In this document: piece by piece, positions 1 to 8,589 of the stretch
Numbering within the stretch: the first letter of the stretch is position 1
How the letters are laid out: each line of letters begins with the position of its first letter
Assembly: GCF_018398935.1 (NCBI RefSeq)
Contig: NZ_CP074694.1
Location: forward strand, 5,250,001-5,282,000
From: Telmatocola sphagniphila
GTDB taxonomy: Bacteria > Planctomycetota > Planctomycetia > Gemmatales > Gemmataceae
Length of the DNA: 32,000 bases
Direction of reading: 5' to 3'
The notes under the pieces: model-generated
The model's input: only the letters and a program-made list of their open reading frames with translations
Databases searched by the model: none
What the model was told of the DNA's origin: nothing
Made by a program: the position numbers and the translations under genes

Positions 1-61
1 TCGCCCCAATGGCAAAGAGCATCAGAGCAATAGCCAGCATTGCTGTCGGATGACTGGACAT
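1..61 (-). CDS. First ~20 codons of a gene that runs off the left edge; hydrophobic N-terminus (MSSHPTAMLAIALMLFAIGA...)
   Basis: An ATG at 61..59 on the minus strand opens a frame with no stop down to position 1. The N-terminus looks like a signal peptide or TM segment. It is too short to assign a family. Confidence 0.3.
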   Translation of the reverse strand, partial: MSSHPTAMLAIALMLFAIGA

Positions 62-564
62 ACTGAATTAACGTGTACCCCCGAGTTCTACTCCCACTCG
101 TCCTTCGAAACCCCCAAATTTCGGGATACCTACCATTCTACAGTTCGAAATAACTCTCCGCCCGTGCAATACAGAGAGCTTCGATTCTTTTGGAAATTTT
201 AGGTCGGATTCTGAGGGCTAGGCGATGTGGTCTCCCCGGGGTACTACTTCTCGGCGATTCCGGGGCTCGTATCGGAAGTCAAGTTGGTTCAGGACAATTC
301 CGTACTGTCGTATCGGGTTGTCTTGAAGGTACGAAGGAGGACTTAAGTGTGGATCGCACCGTGAGCCATTAAGCGGAAGCAAATTAAGGATTTGGATATC
401 TCAAAAAATATCTTGACATAAATTATGTACAAGTTAATATCACCAAATCTTCATCTTCGTAAAAAAAGAGCTCGGCAAAATTCTACTAAATGTAGTTGTG
501 ATTTTGCAGAAATTAGATTTTGTTTTAACTGTAATTTTTTCCGGGCACGGATTCAAGAAAGTAT

Positions 565-1017
565 ATGTCCCAAATACCCTTTCCTGTTTCGAAATACCGT
601 CACTTAGTTATTATAATTTTGCTGGGTTCTCTTACCGGATGCAGCGCTCCGGATGATGGTCGAGTGGAAATCAAAGGGACCGTCCAGTTAAAAGGTAAGC
701 CGATAGCCGATGGAGCGATGATTCAGTTCTTTCCGCAGGAAAATCAAAGTACTGAAGGTTTGGTTGCTACCAAAAATGGCGCCTTCACTCTGCCGAAATC
801 GAATGGGCTCAAGCCCGGCAAATATAAAGTGACCGTGAGTCTGGGGGACGGAAAGACGGCTGTCAATCCTGTCGAAGGAGGGTCGCCGCCGGGTCCGGGT
901 GGCGGAACGAACATTATTTCCAAAGAGCTCGTTCCTTCCGATTGGAACAAAAAATCCAAACAGACTGTAACGGTGACCAAGGAAGGCCCGAATAAATTCG
1001 ACTTCGATATTCCCTGA
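565..1017 (+). CDS. Small lipoprotein, carboxypeptidase-regulatory-like (Ig-like beta-sandwich) type, typically found next to DUF1559 genes
   Basis: Signal peptide with a lipobox (LLGSLTGC|S). The motif '[25 protein letters not shown]...GAFTL...[10 protein letters not shown]' is the usual CarboxypepD_reg-like pattern. It lies directly upstream of a DUF1559 gene. Confidence 0.75.
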   Translation: MSQIPFPVSKYRHLVIIILLGSLTGCSAPDDGRVEIKGTVQLKGKPIADGAMIQFFPQENQSTEGLVATKNGAFTLPKSNGLKPGKYKVTVSLGDGKTAVNPVEGGSPPGPGGGTNIISKELVPSDWNKKSKQTVTVTKEGPNKFDFDIP

Positions 1018-1079
1018 TGATTCCATTCAGGGCTTTTCGCACTCAAATTCTAGTTCTTTACTCGCACGAATCGAAGGAG

Positions 1080-2147
1080 ATGAGTATGCGGTCTCACAAT
1101 CGAAAAGGCTTTACATTAATTGAGCTATTGGTGGTTATTGCCATCATTGCCATCCTTATCGGCCTTCTGTTGCCCGCCGTGCAGAAAGTGCGCGAAGCCG
1201 CCGCACGTATGAAGTGCAGCAACAATATGAAGCAGATTGGTCTGGCGAATATGAATTACGAAAGCGCCTATGGTGCTTTTCTGCCGGGGATCAGCCGAAG
1301 TGGTTGTTGCTGGGGCACTTGGATGATACCCATTCTCCCCTACATGGAACAAACTAATCTCTTCAACATTTACGTCGGCTTTGGCGGTCAGGGTTATGCC
1401 ACACTCGGCGCTTCGCCCCGTTATGCCAGTTCCCCGAACGATCAGGTCAGCACCCAAAGACTGAGCACCTTTACCTGTCCGAGCGACACCCCGCAGACCT
1501 GGGCCGGCGGCACACTTACCATGCATAACTACGCACTGAATGCCGGTAATACGAATCTCTACCAGACCAGCATGCCCTTTGGATGCTCGGGAGGCTCGAC
1601 TGTCGGCGCTAATGGTTGTGTAACTTTCGGAGGCTCCCCCTTCGGATGGTACGAAGACCCGGCTGCATTGGCTTCCGGAGGTGATTCCTCCCCCTCCGAT
1701 TACAACAATGGTAATCCCGCTAGCGGAGTCATGGGTAAACCGCGTGCGATCACATCCATCACGGATGGGACCAGCAATACCCTTTGCGTCAGCGAAATTA
1801 TTCAAGGGCCCAGCAGTGGTGATATCCGCGGTTTTACCTGGTGGGGAGGGGCCGCCGGGGTCACCACTTACCAGACACCGAACAACGATAGCGCCCCGGA
1901 CGTTATGACCGGTGGCGGTTGCGGCGGGGCCTCGATCACTGGATATGCAACTTCTCCCAAGATGCCCTGTACCACGACATCAACCTCCAGCTTGGCGCGG
2001 ATGCAGCTGGCGCGCAGTAAGCACACCGGTGGGATCAATGCCGGTTTTTGCGATGGAAGCGTTCGCTTCGTCACCAATTCAATTGATGTGGCGACCTGGC
2101 GAGCGGCCGGTACTTCGCAAGGTGGCGAGACTCTGTCGATGCCCTAA
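1080..2147 (+). CDS. DUF1559 family protein with a prepilin-type N-terminal cleavage/methylation domain and a C-terminal H-X9-DG motif
   Basis: '[48 protein letters not shown]' is the type IV pilin-like class III signal plus DUF1559 core. '[17 protein letters not shown]' is H-X9-DG. The ORF opens at 1017, but AAGGAG at 1074-1079 favours the ATG at 1080 or 1086. Confidence 0.95.
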   Translation: MSMRSHNRKGFTLIELLVVIAIIAILIGLLLPAVQKVREAAARMKCSNNMKQIGLANMNYESAYGAFLPGISRSGCCWGTWMIPILPYMEQTNLFNIYVGFGGQGYATLGASPRYASSPNDQVSTQRLSTFTCPSDTPQTWAGGTLTMHNYALNAGNTNLYQTSMPFGCSGGSTVGANGCVTFGGSPFGWYEDPAALASGGDSSPSDYNNGNPASGVMGKPRAITSITDGTSNTLCVSEIIQGPSSGDIRGFTWWGGAAGVTTYQTPNNDSAPDVMTGGGCGGASITGYATSPKMPCTTTSTSSLARMQLARSKHTGGINAGFCDGSVRFVTNSIDVATWRAAGTSQGGETLSMP

Positions 2148-2208
2148 ATGAATGTGATAAATCGAATCCATTCAAAGATAGCTTCCGACGGAATTTGAAA
2201 TAGTAGCG

Positions 2209-2232
2209 ACGGGTGAACGCGGCTTCACCCGT
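2209..2232 (+). terminator. Perfect 9-bp stem / 6-nt loop hairpin about 60 nt after the DUF1559 stop
   Basis: ACGGGTGAA-cgcggc-TTCACCCGT. No U-tract follows, so its terminator function is uncertain. Confidence 0.35.
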
Positions 2233-2570
2233 TGGATCCTGAAGGCAACGCTCAGCTTCGGACCAATTATATTTATTAAATCGTCCATATCGTCCCATAA
2301 AATTCTAAATATGTAGGCGATATACCTTTCATTAATGCTAAACTCTTTAGTCTCAGGTTTTGCAGTAGAGAAGAATAAATTCTTATCACATCTTAAGATT
2401 TACTTTTTTATCCCGACTCCAAGTATACAATTTGAATCGTCCGATATTCCCGGAGGGAAATTCTGACCCGCGAAAGGTCTATTTTTTCCTCCGATTTCCG
2501 AGCTAATCCAACCGCTGAGATTTTGAAGTGGAATGACTTCCACCAGGCAGCAAGCAATAGGAATAGAAGT

Positions 2571-3440
2571 ATGGCCTCATCCAAGTCCTCCGGGACTGTT
2601 CTTCTGGATATATTGAAGCATCGACACGAAAAGTTGTTGTCCGATTGGTGGGACGAATTGAAATCGCAGTCATCGATTTCAATTGCCCGCAATGGGGAAG
2701 AAGAATTGAAAGCCCAGATTGAGCGATTCATCGCGCTCATTCGACAATCGGCCGATGCGCAATCTCTCTCGAATTTGAATTCGGCAAACTGGCGCCCGCT
2801 GACCGAATATCTCCAGGAAATTTCCCGCTCGCGAGCTCAGCAGGGTTTTACCAGCGAGCAGACGGCTACTTTCATTTTTTCGCTAAAGAAACCCTTCTTC
2901 GAAGCCATCCGCCTGGAAACCGCGCATAGCCCCGAAAAAGCGGTCGCTGCGATGTGGGAGGTGACCGAGTTAATCGATCATCTGGGCTTATTGACCGTCG
3001 CCTATTTTCAGCAGAGCCGGGAAGAGGTCATTCGACGGCAGCAGGAAGAGCTGCTGGAGCTGTCGACTCCCGTGGTGAAACTCTGGGACGGTGTGCTCGC
3101 ACTGCCAATGATCGGCACTCTGGACAGCGCCCGAACGCAAATTGTCATGGAATCGCTACTGCAGCGGATCGTTGAGACCGAATCCGAACTCGCCATCATC
3201 GACATCACCGGTGTGCCGACCGTCGACACGCTCGTTGCTCAGCATCTTCTGAAGACGGTTACTGCAATTCGTCTGATGGGGGCGGATTGCATTATTAGCG
3301 GGATTCGTCCGCAGATCGCGCAAACCATCGTTCATCTGGGCGTTGATCTCCAGGGAGTGACGACGAAGTCCAACCTGGCCGATGCCCTGGCGCTGGCCCT
3401 CAAACGAACCGGCTTTACCGTAGCGAGGAATCGGCCGTGA
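2571..3440 (+). CDS. rsbR: RsbR-type stressosome sensor/co-antagonist (RsbRD_N-like N-terminal domain + C-terminal STAS)
   Basis: The C-terminus 'LSTPVVKLWDGVLALPMIGTLDSARTQ...AIIDITGVPTVDTLVAQHLL...ISGIRPQIAQTIVHLGVDL' is collinear with B. subtilis RsbRA STAS. Both phospho-Thr positions are conserved (DITGVP, AQTIV). The ORF opens at 2523; the start is probably MASSKSS at 2571. Confidence 0.9.
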   Translation: MASSKSSGTVLLDILKHRHEKLLSDWWDELKSQSSISIARNGEEELKAQIERFIALIRQSADAQSLSNLNSANWRPLTEYLQEISRSRAQQGFTSEQTATFIFSLKKPFFEAIRLETAHSPEKAVAAMWEVTELIDHLGLLTVAYFQQSREEVIRRQQEELLELSTPVVKLWDGVLALPMIGTLDSARTQIVMESLLQRIVETESELAIIDITGVPTVDTLVAQHLLKTVTAIRLMGADCIISGIRPQIAQTIVHLGVDLQGVTTKSNLADALALALKRTGFTVARNRP

Positions 3441-3841
3441 GCGAGGCTTCGACGCGAATACCCGTACTGCGAATGGGCGAATTCCTCCTCGTCACAATTC
3501 AAGTGGACATGCACGATCGCATGGCGCTTCAATTACAGGACGACTTGACGCGCCACATCGAGAAGACCGGTGCCCGGGGCGTTTTGATCGATATCTCGGC
3601 TTTGGAAATGGTCGATTCGTTCATCGGGCGAATGATTGCCAATATCTCCAGTATTTCGCAAATTCTGGATGCCCAGACAGTGATTGTCGGCATGCAGCCG
3701 GCCGTGGCGATTACCCTCGTCGAACTCGGCATGCAACTTGCGGGTGTAAAAACGGCTTTAACCGTCGAACGGGGTATGAAATGCCTGCGGGAAATGCGGG
3801 CCTCATCAGCGGGGGGAGAGCATGCCAGTCACGAAGAGTGA
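3437..3841 (+). CDS. rsbS: RsbS-type STAS scaffold protein (stressosome antagonist)
   Basis: 'IPVLRMGEFLLVTIQVDMHD...VLIDISALEMVDSFIGRM...VIVGMQPAVAITLVELGM' is collinear with RsbS and keeps the phosphorylatable Ser in 'MVDSFI'. Its GTG start overlaps the rsbR stop (GTGA). Confidence 0.9.
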   Translation: MSEASTRIPVLRMGEFLLVTIQVDMHDRMALQLQDDLTRHIEKTGARGVLIDISALEMVDSFIGRMIANISSISQILDAQTVIVGMQPAVAITLVELGMQLAGVKTALTVERGMKCLREMRASSAGGEHASHEE

Positions 3842-4226
3842 CACCCTTCCCTTGATGTCGGAGCAGGATATCGTCCATACCCGACAACTTGTTCGCAAAC
3901 TTGCGCTGGAACAGGGCTTTTCATTGGTCGATCAGACAAAACTGGTTACCGCCGCGAGCGAACTCGCTCGAAATACCGTCAAATATGGCGGCGGCGGACA
4001 CGTATTCTGGGAATTGCTCACAGACGGCTCCCGGAAAGGAATTCGTCTGCGCTTTCAGGATGAGGGGCCGGGAATCGAAGATGTCTCTCTGGCGATGACC
4101 GAGGGATGGACTTCCGGCAACGGTATGGGATTGGGGCTTTCCGGCTCCAAGCGGCTGGTCAATGAATTCGATATTGATTCTGCTCCTGGCCGGGGAACGC
4201 GTGTGACCATCGCCCGCTGGAAATAA
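3822..4226 (+). CDS. rsbT: RsbT-type GHKL serine kinase (stressosome switch kinase)
   Basis: N-box 'ASELARNTVKYG', G1 'QDEGPGI' and G2 'GNGMGLGLSGSKRL'. The N-terminus 'MSEQDIVHTRQLVRKLALEQGF' parallels B. subtilis RsbT. It overlaps rsbS by 20 nt. Confidence 0.9.
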   Translation: MPVTKSDTLPLMSEQDIVHTRQLVRKLALEQGFSLVDQTKLVTAASELARNTVKYGGGGHVFWELLTDGSRKGIRLRFQDEGPGIEDVSLAMTEGWTSGNGMGLGLSGSKRLVNEFDIDSAPGRGTRVTIARWK

Positions 4227-4231
4227 TCGAC

Positions 4232-5245
4232 ATGCCGTCGCATCTGATTTTCCCGATAAACGAGAGCTCGCAGGTCGGGGAAGCGCGAAGAATGGCCAGC
4301 CGCATTGCGGAACAGGCCGGATTTGGAGAAAACGATCGCGGCAAAGTCGCTATTGTCGCCACGGAACTGGCGACGAATCTCGTCAAGCACGCGCGACAGG
4401 GCCGAATCTTGCTACGGTCTTTTAGATCCGCTGCCGAATCCATCGTGGAAATTCTGTCCATCGATTCCAATCCCGGGAAGGCGGATTTTGCCGCGTGTCT
4501 GGCAGATGGTTATTCGACTGCAGGCACGCCGGGCAATGGCCTGGGTGCAGTAAAGCGACTATCCCGGACCTTCGATTTTTATTCAGGCCCAGGCAATGGC
4601 ACTGTCATTCTGTCCCAAATCGCCCCCGGAGAATTCAAGGACACGCAACCTTCAAGATCCCATTTCGAATGGTGTGCGCTAACGGTAGCCGCACCCGGAG
4701 AAACCGTTTGCGGAGACGCCTGCGGGGTCGAAGTGAGGGAGGGTCAGCTGCGCCTGATGATTGCCGATGGACTGGGACACGGACCCGGGGCGGCGGAAGC
4801 GTCGGAGAAAGCGTGTGATGTTTTTACCCAGATGAATTCGTTTACTCCGCGAGCATTGATCGAGCTTTCGCATCGTAGTTTGATGGGCACGCGTGGAGCT
4901 GCCCTGGCAGCGGCTTCGGCCGATGCGAATTCCCAGGATCTGGAGTTTGCCGGTGTCGGAAATATCTCAGCCAGCCTTCAGAGCCTGACCGGTTCGCGGG
5001 GACTGATGTCCTACAACGGCACTCTGGGAGCTCAGTTCCGCTCGGTCCGGCAGTTGACTTATCAATGGGCGAAAGATTCGATTCTGGTACTGCATTCCGA
5101 TGGGATCAAGACACACTGGAGTTTAACCGATAATCCCGGACTGTTTCACTGTCATCCCGCCGTAATTGCCGCCGTGCTGTTGCGCGATCAGTGCCGGGGT
5201 CGAGACGACGCGTCGATCGTTGTGGTCCGCCGAAAGTCCGCTTGA
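4232..5245 (+). CDS. Fusion protein: N-terminal RsbT/RsbW-like GHKL ATPase/kinase domain + C-terminal PP2C (SpoIIE/RsbX-like) phosphatase
   Basis: N-terminal half: 'ATELATNLVKHA', 'IDSNPG', 'GNGLGAVKRLS'. C-terminal half: 'GDACGV', 'MIADGLGHGPGAAEAS', 'VLHSDGI', 'DDASIVVV' (PP2C/SpoIIE metal-binding motifs). It starts 6 nt after rsbT. Confidence 0.9.
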   Translation: MPSHLIFPINESSQVGEARRMASRIAEQAGFGENDRGKVAIVATELATNLVKHARQGRILLRSFRSAAESIVEILSIDSNPGKADFAACLADGYSTAGTPGNGLGAVKRLSRTFDFYSGPGNGTVILSQIAPGEFKDTQPSRSHFEWCALTVAAPGETVCGDACGVEVREGQLRLMIADGLGHGPGAAEASEKACDVFTQMNSFTPRALIELSHRSLMGTRGAALAAASADANSQDLEFAGVGNISASLQSLTGSRGLMSYNGTLGAQFRSVRQLTYQWAKDSILVLHSDGIKTHWSLTDNPGLFHCHPAVIAAVLLRDQCRGRDDASIVVVRRKSA

Positions 5246-5255
5246 GATTGAGATT

Positions 5256-6191
5256 ATGATGTGGGATTCCCTTCCCCAACTCCCGAATGAAGAAATCGCA
5301 AACCTCGATCGCGAAGGTTTGATAGCCCGCTTGCGCGATCAATCGGAGCTCCTGAAATCGTTGACCACCGAGCTAGCGGAGACCAATCAGGGAGTGGTAG
5401 CGCTCTATGCCGAGTTGGAGGATCGCGCCGAGCAGTTGCGGGCGGCGTCGGATCTTAAGAGCCGATTTTTGTCCTACATGAGCCACGAGTTTCGCACGCC
5501 CCTCGGCGCCATTCTGAGCATCGCCCGCATCCTGCTGGATCGGATGGACGGCCCCCTGACCGACGAGCAGGAAAAGCAGGTATCCTTCATCAAATCCTCG
5601 GCCACCGAATTGACCGATATGGTCAACGATCTACTCGATCTGGCAAAAGTCGAAGCTGGTCGCATCGCCATTTCCCCGGCCTGGTTCGAGATGGTGGATC
5701 TGTTTGCCGCCCTGCGGGGCATGTTCAAACCGATTCTTTTCAAGGCCGATGTGTCGCTGATTTTCGAAGAGCCGCACGAGATTTCGCGGATCTATACCGA
5801 CGACGTGAAACTCTCGCAAATTCTCCGAAATTTTATTTCCAACGCTCTGAAATTTACCAATCAGGGAGAGGTTCGGGTTATCACCCGTCCCGTCGAGAAT
5901 GACTGCGTCGAATTTCAAGTCGCCGATAGCGGCATCGGTATCAGTGCGGAAAATCTATCTGCAATTTTTCACGACTGGGTTCAGCTGGATTCGCCCATGC
6001 AAAAGCGGCTGAGAGGCTCGGGGTTGGGCCTTTCGCTCAGTAAGCGATTTGCCGAAATGCTCGGCGGGCGCGTCGGTGTGACCAGTAAATTGGGGGTCGG
6101 CTCGGTCTTTTCGGTGATAATCCCACGCTGCCTGCCCGGACACCAGACCGAGGGGACGATGAGTTCTCTCGAACCGCGGGGAGGGACTTAA
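5256..6191 (+). CDS. Soluble histidine kinase (N-terminal coiled coil + HisKA + HATPase_c); no TM or recognisable sensor domain
   Basis: H-box 'FLSYMSHEFRTPL', N-box 'QILRNFISNALKFT', and 'DSGIGI', 'GSGLGLSLSKRFAEMLGG'. The ORF opens at 5166, overlapping the upstream gene. The ATG at 5256 (MMWDS...), 11 nt after the upstream stop, is preferred. Confidence 0.9.
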   Translation: MMWDSLPQLPNEEIANLDREGLIARLRDQSELLKSLTTELAETNQGVVALYAELEDRAEQLRAASDLKSRFLSYMSHEFRTPLGAILSIARILLDRMDGPLTDEQEKQVSFIKSSATELTDMVNDLLDLAKVEAGRIAISPAWFEMVDLFAALRGMFKPILFKADVSLIFEEPHEISRIYTDDVKLSQILRNFISNALKFTNQGEVRVITRPVENDCVEFQVADSGIGISAENLSAIFHDWVQLDSPMQKRLRGSGLGLSLSKRFAEMLGGRVGVTSKLGVGSVFSVIIPRCLPGHQTEGTMSSLEPRGGT

Positions 6192-8503
6192 TGAAGCCAT
6201 CTGCGCAAGGGACGATTTTGATCGTCGATGATCAGGAAGTCAACCGTTATACCACTACCCGAATTCTTCGCGACGTCGGTTTTTCAACGCTCGAAGCTAA
6301 AAATGGCCAGGAAGGTCTGCGCCTGGCGGAGACGGGCCCCGATTTGATTCTTCTCGATGTCAACTTGCCGGATATCGATGGTTTTCAGGTTTGTCGAATC
6401 CTGAAATCGAATCCGAATACCGAACAGATTCCCGTCGTTCATGCTTCGGCGACATTTGTCAGCGACCGCGATAAAGCGCAAGGTCTCGATGATGGGGCGG
6501 ACGGCTACCTGGTTCGACCGGTGGAAGCCTGCGTATTAGTGGCCACCGTTCGCTCCTGCATTCGGGCGCGCCGGGCCGAAGAGAAAATCAGCCAGCAGCA
6601 ACGTCAGTTGCAAACGCTCGCGGACAACTGTCCCGATATTCTCACTCGATTCGACTTGGAGCACCGGCATATATTCGTCAGTGCGGCCATCGAACGCGCT
6701 ACTGGTCGCGCCTCGTCCGAATTTTTGGGAAGGACCAATCGCGAACTCGGTCTGCCGGAAAATCTTTGCGACTTCTGGGAAGCGGCCATCCAGACGACGA
6801 TTGATTCGCGCCAACCGCAATCGATCGAGTACAGCTTTCCCTCCCAACTCGGCCCGCGCCATTACATTTCGCGCCTTATTCCTGAGTTCAACCGGGAGGG
6901 TGATGTCGAATCGGTCCTTTCGGTTGTCACCGATATTACCGAACGCCGTGAAACCGAAGAAGTTTTGCGAATCACGGCCGAGCGGTTGCAGCTGGCCGCT
7001 GAAGCCGCCAATTTTGGAACCTACGATGTCGATTTGAGCACCGGTCAGGTTTACTGGTCCCCGCAAATGCGAGTGATCTTCGGCGTTGCACCCGAGGGGA
7101 ATGTTGACGATTTTCTCCACAACGGCCCACCGGGAATTCATCCAGAAGATCGCGATCGATTTCTCGGAATGATCCGAACGCTGCAACGCTCCGAGTCTCT
7201 GCCGAGTTCGGAAATCGAATTTCGGCTGGTCAGTCCGGAAGGGGATATTCGCTGGGTTCTCCTGCTCGGTCGGAATTACTTTACCGAGGCCGGACCTCGA
7301 CAACCGGTACGCATCTCCGGCGTCTCGTTCGATATTACGGATCGCAAAATCGTCGAAGAATCCTTGCGCGATGCCGATCGCCGCAAGAACGAGTTTCTGG
7401 CCATGCTGGCTCACGAGTTGCGAAATCCGCTGGCGCCGATTCGAAATGCCATGCAAATCCTTCGTCTGGCTCCCGAACGCGAGGCCCAGGAGCGAGCCCG
7501 CCAGATGGTCGACCGGCAATTGGGGCAACTCGTCCGGCTCGTGGACGATCTTCTGGATGTCAGCCGGATCAGCCAGGGGAAGTTGAAACTGCGCAAGGAG
7601 CGCATCGATCTGGCCAGTGTGCTGGCCAACGCCGTCGAAACCAGTCGGCCTCTGATCGAACAGATGGGGCACGAACTCCTCGTGACACTGCCCAATCCCT
7701 CGATTGAGATCGACGGCGATGCCACGCGGCTGGCGCAGGTCTTCATGAACCTGCTTAATAATGCTGCCAAGTATAGCGAACGGGGCAGTCGGATTTGGCT
7801 GTCGGCGCACGCCGAGGGGGCTGAAGCGGTGATAACCGTCCGCGATAACGGTATCGGCATCGCCGTGGATCAGCTGCCGCGCATCTTCGAACTTTTTGCT
7901 CAGGTCGATCGATCTCTGGAAAAATCCCAAGGGGGATTAGGGATCGGGCTGACGCTGGTGAAACAATTGGTCGAGTTGCACTCTGGCAAAGTGGAAGCAA
8001 AAAGTAGCGGCTCGGGCCAGGGATCGGAATTCAGTGTGCGACTTCCCATCCTGACTACCATCCAAGTTGCAAAGGTCGATGCGGCCAATCAGAACGGCGA
8101 TATGAAAAAAACGTCTCTGCGCGTGCTGGTGGTGGACGACAATCGGGACGGCGCCGACAGTCTGGCCATGATGTTGAGACTGATGGGAAATGAAACGCGC
8201 ACCGCTTACGATGGGGAAGAAGCGCTGGCCTTGGCCTCGCGCTTTCTTCCCGATGCGATTCTCCTGGATCTCGGCTTGCCCAAAGTCAACGGCTACGATG
8301 TTTGCCGCCGGATTCGGGAACTATCCGGAAATCGCCGTCCGTTAATTATTGCCCAAACCGGCTGGGGTCAGAACGAAGATCGCTTACGCACCGCCCAGGC
8401 GGGCTTCGATGAACATATGATCAAACCGATCAATCCCGAAGCCGTGTTGCAAATGCTCCGGAAACTCGAAAATCGGATGGGAAAGGTTTCAGTACGCGGT
8501 TGA
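6191..8503 (+). CDS. Hybrid sensor kinase/response regulator: REC - PAS - PAS - HisKA - HATPase_c - REC
   Basis: N-terminal REC ('ILIVDDQE...LILLDVNLPDIDG'). Two PAS-like segments. H-box 'LAMLAHELRNPL', 'NLLNNAAKYS', 'DNGIGI', 'GGLGIGLTLVKQL'. C-terminal REC ('VLVVDDN...AILLDLGLPKVNG...MIKP'). Its ATG overlaps the upstream TAA (TAATG). Confidence 0.95.
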   Translation: MKPSAQGTILIVDDQEVNRYTTTRILRDVGFSTLEAKNGQEGLRLAETGPDLILLDVNLPDIDGFQVCRILKSNPNTEQIPVVHASATFVSDRDKAQGLDDGADGYLVRPVEACVLVATVRSCIRARRAEEKISQQQRQLQTLADNCPDILTRFDLEHRHIFVSAAIERATGRASSEFLGRTNRELGLPENLCDFWEAAIQTTIDSRQPQSIEYSFPSQLGPRHYISRLIPEFNREGDVESVLSVVTDITERRETEEVLRITAERLQLAAEAANFGTYDVDLSTGQVYWSPQMRVIFGVAPEGNVDDFLHNGPPGIHPEDRDRFLGMIRTLQRSESLPSSEIEFRLVSPEGDIRWVLLLGRNYFTEAGPRQPVRISGVSFDITDRKIVEESLRDADRRKNEFLAMLAHELRNPLAPIRNAMQILRLAPEREAQERARQMVDRQLGQLVRLVDDLLDVSRISQGKLKLRKERIDLASVLANAVETSRPLIEQMGHELLVTLPNPSIEIDGDATRLAQVFMNLLNNAAKYSERGSRIWLSAHAEGAEAVITVRDNGIGIAVDQLPRIFELFAQVDRSLEKSQGGLGIGLTLVKQLVELHSGKVEAKSSGSGQGSEFSVRLPILTTIQVAKVDAANQNGDMKKTSLRVLVVDDNRDGADSLAMMLRLMGNETRTAYDGEEALALASRFLPDAILLDLGLPKVNGYDVCRRIRELSGNRRPLIIAQTGWGQNEDRLRTAQAGFDEHMIKPINPEAVLQMLRKLENRMGKVSVRG

Positions 8504-8589
8504 TTTTATTCGCAGAGACGTTTTGTATCCTGGGTGTTCCCAGAGGCGGATATCTGAAGTCCTTTCGGAGCGAACGGAAAGCCCGCTGC

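Noticed and set aside
200-380. GC-balanced, hairpin-containing stretch upstream of the lipoprotein gene; considered as a possible ncRNA or riboswitch
   Set aside because: I could not match it to core motifs of tmRNA, SRP RNA, RNase P, 6S, TPP or cobalamin riboswitches. Only short 5-6 bp stems are present. The evidence is insufficient without cmscan.
190-607. Two 60-aa ORFs (190..372, 425..607) in the first intergenic region
   Set aside because: There is no RBS and no recognisable motif. The second lies in about 30% GC promoter-like DNA and overlaps the lipoprotein start. They are probably non-coding.
1125-1805. 226-aa ORF antisense to the DUF1559 gene
   Set aside because: It is a shadow ORF. 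The sense frame has the prepilin leader and H-X9-DG signatures.
5166-5255. Upstream extension of the histidine kinase ORF, overlapping the PP2C gene by 80 nt
   Set aside because: The extension (MPPCCCAISAGVETTRR...) is non-homologous and overlaps a well-supported gene. The ATG at 5256, directly after the upstream stop, fits the operon's tight coupling.
6536-7930. 464-aa ORF antisense to the hybrid histidine kinase
   Set aside because: The plus-strand frame carries unambiguous PAS/HisKA/HATPase motifs. The antisense product is Arg/Gly/Pro/Ala-rich low-complexity sequence with no motifs. It is a typical shadow ORF in GC-rich coding DNA.
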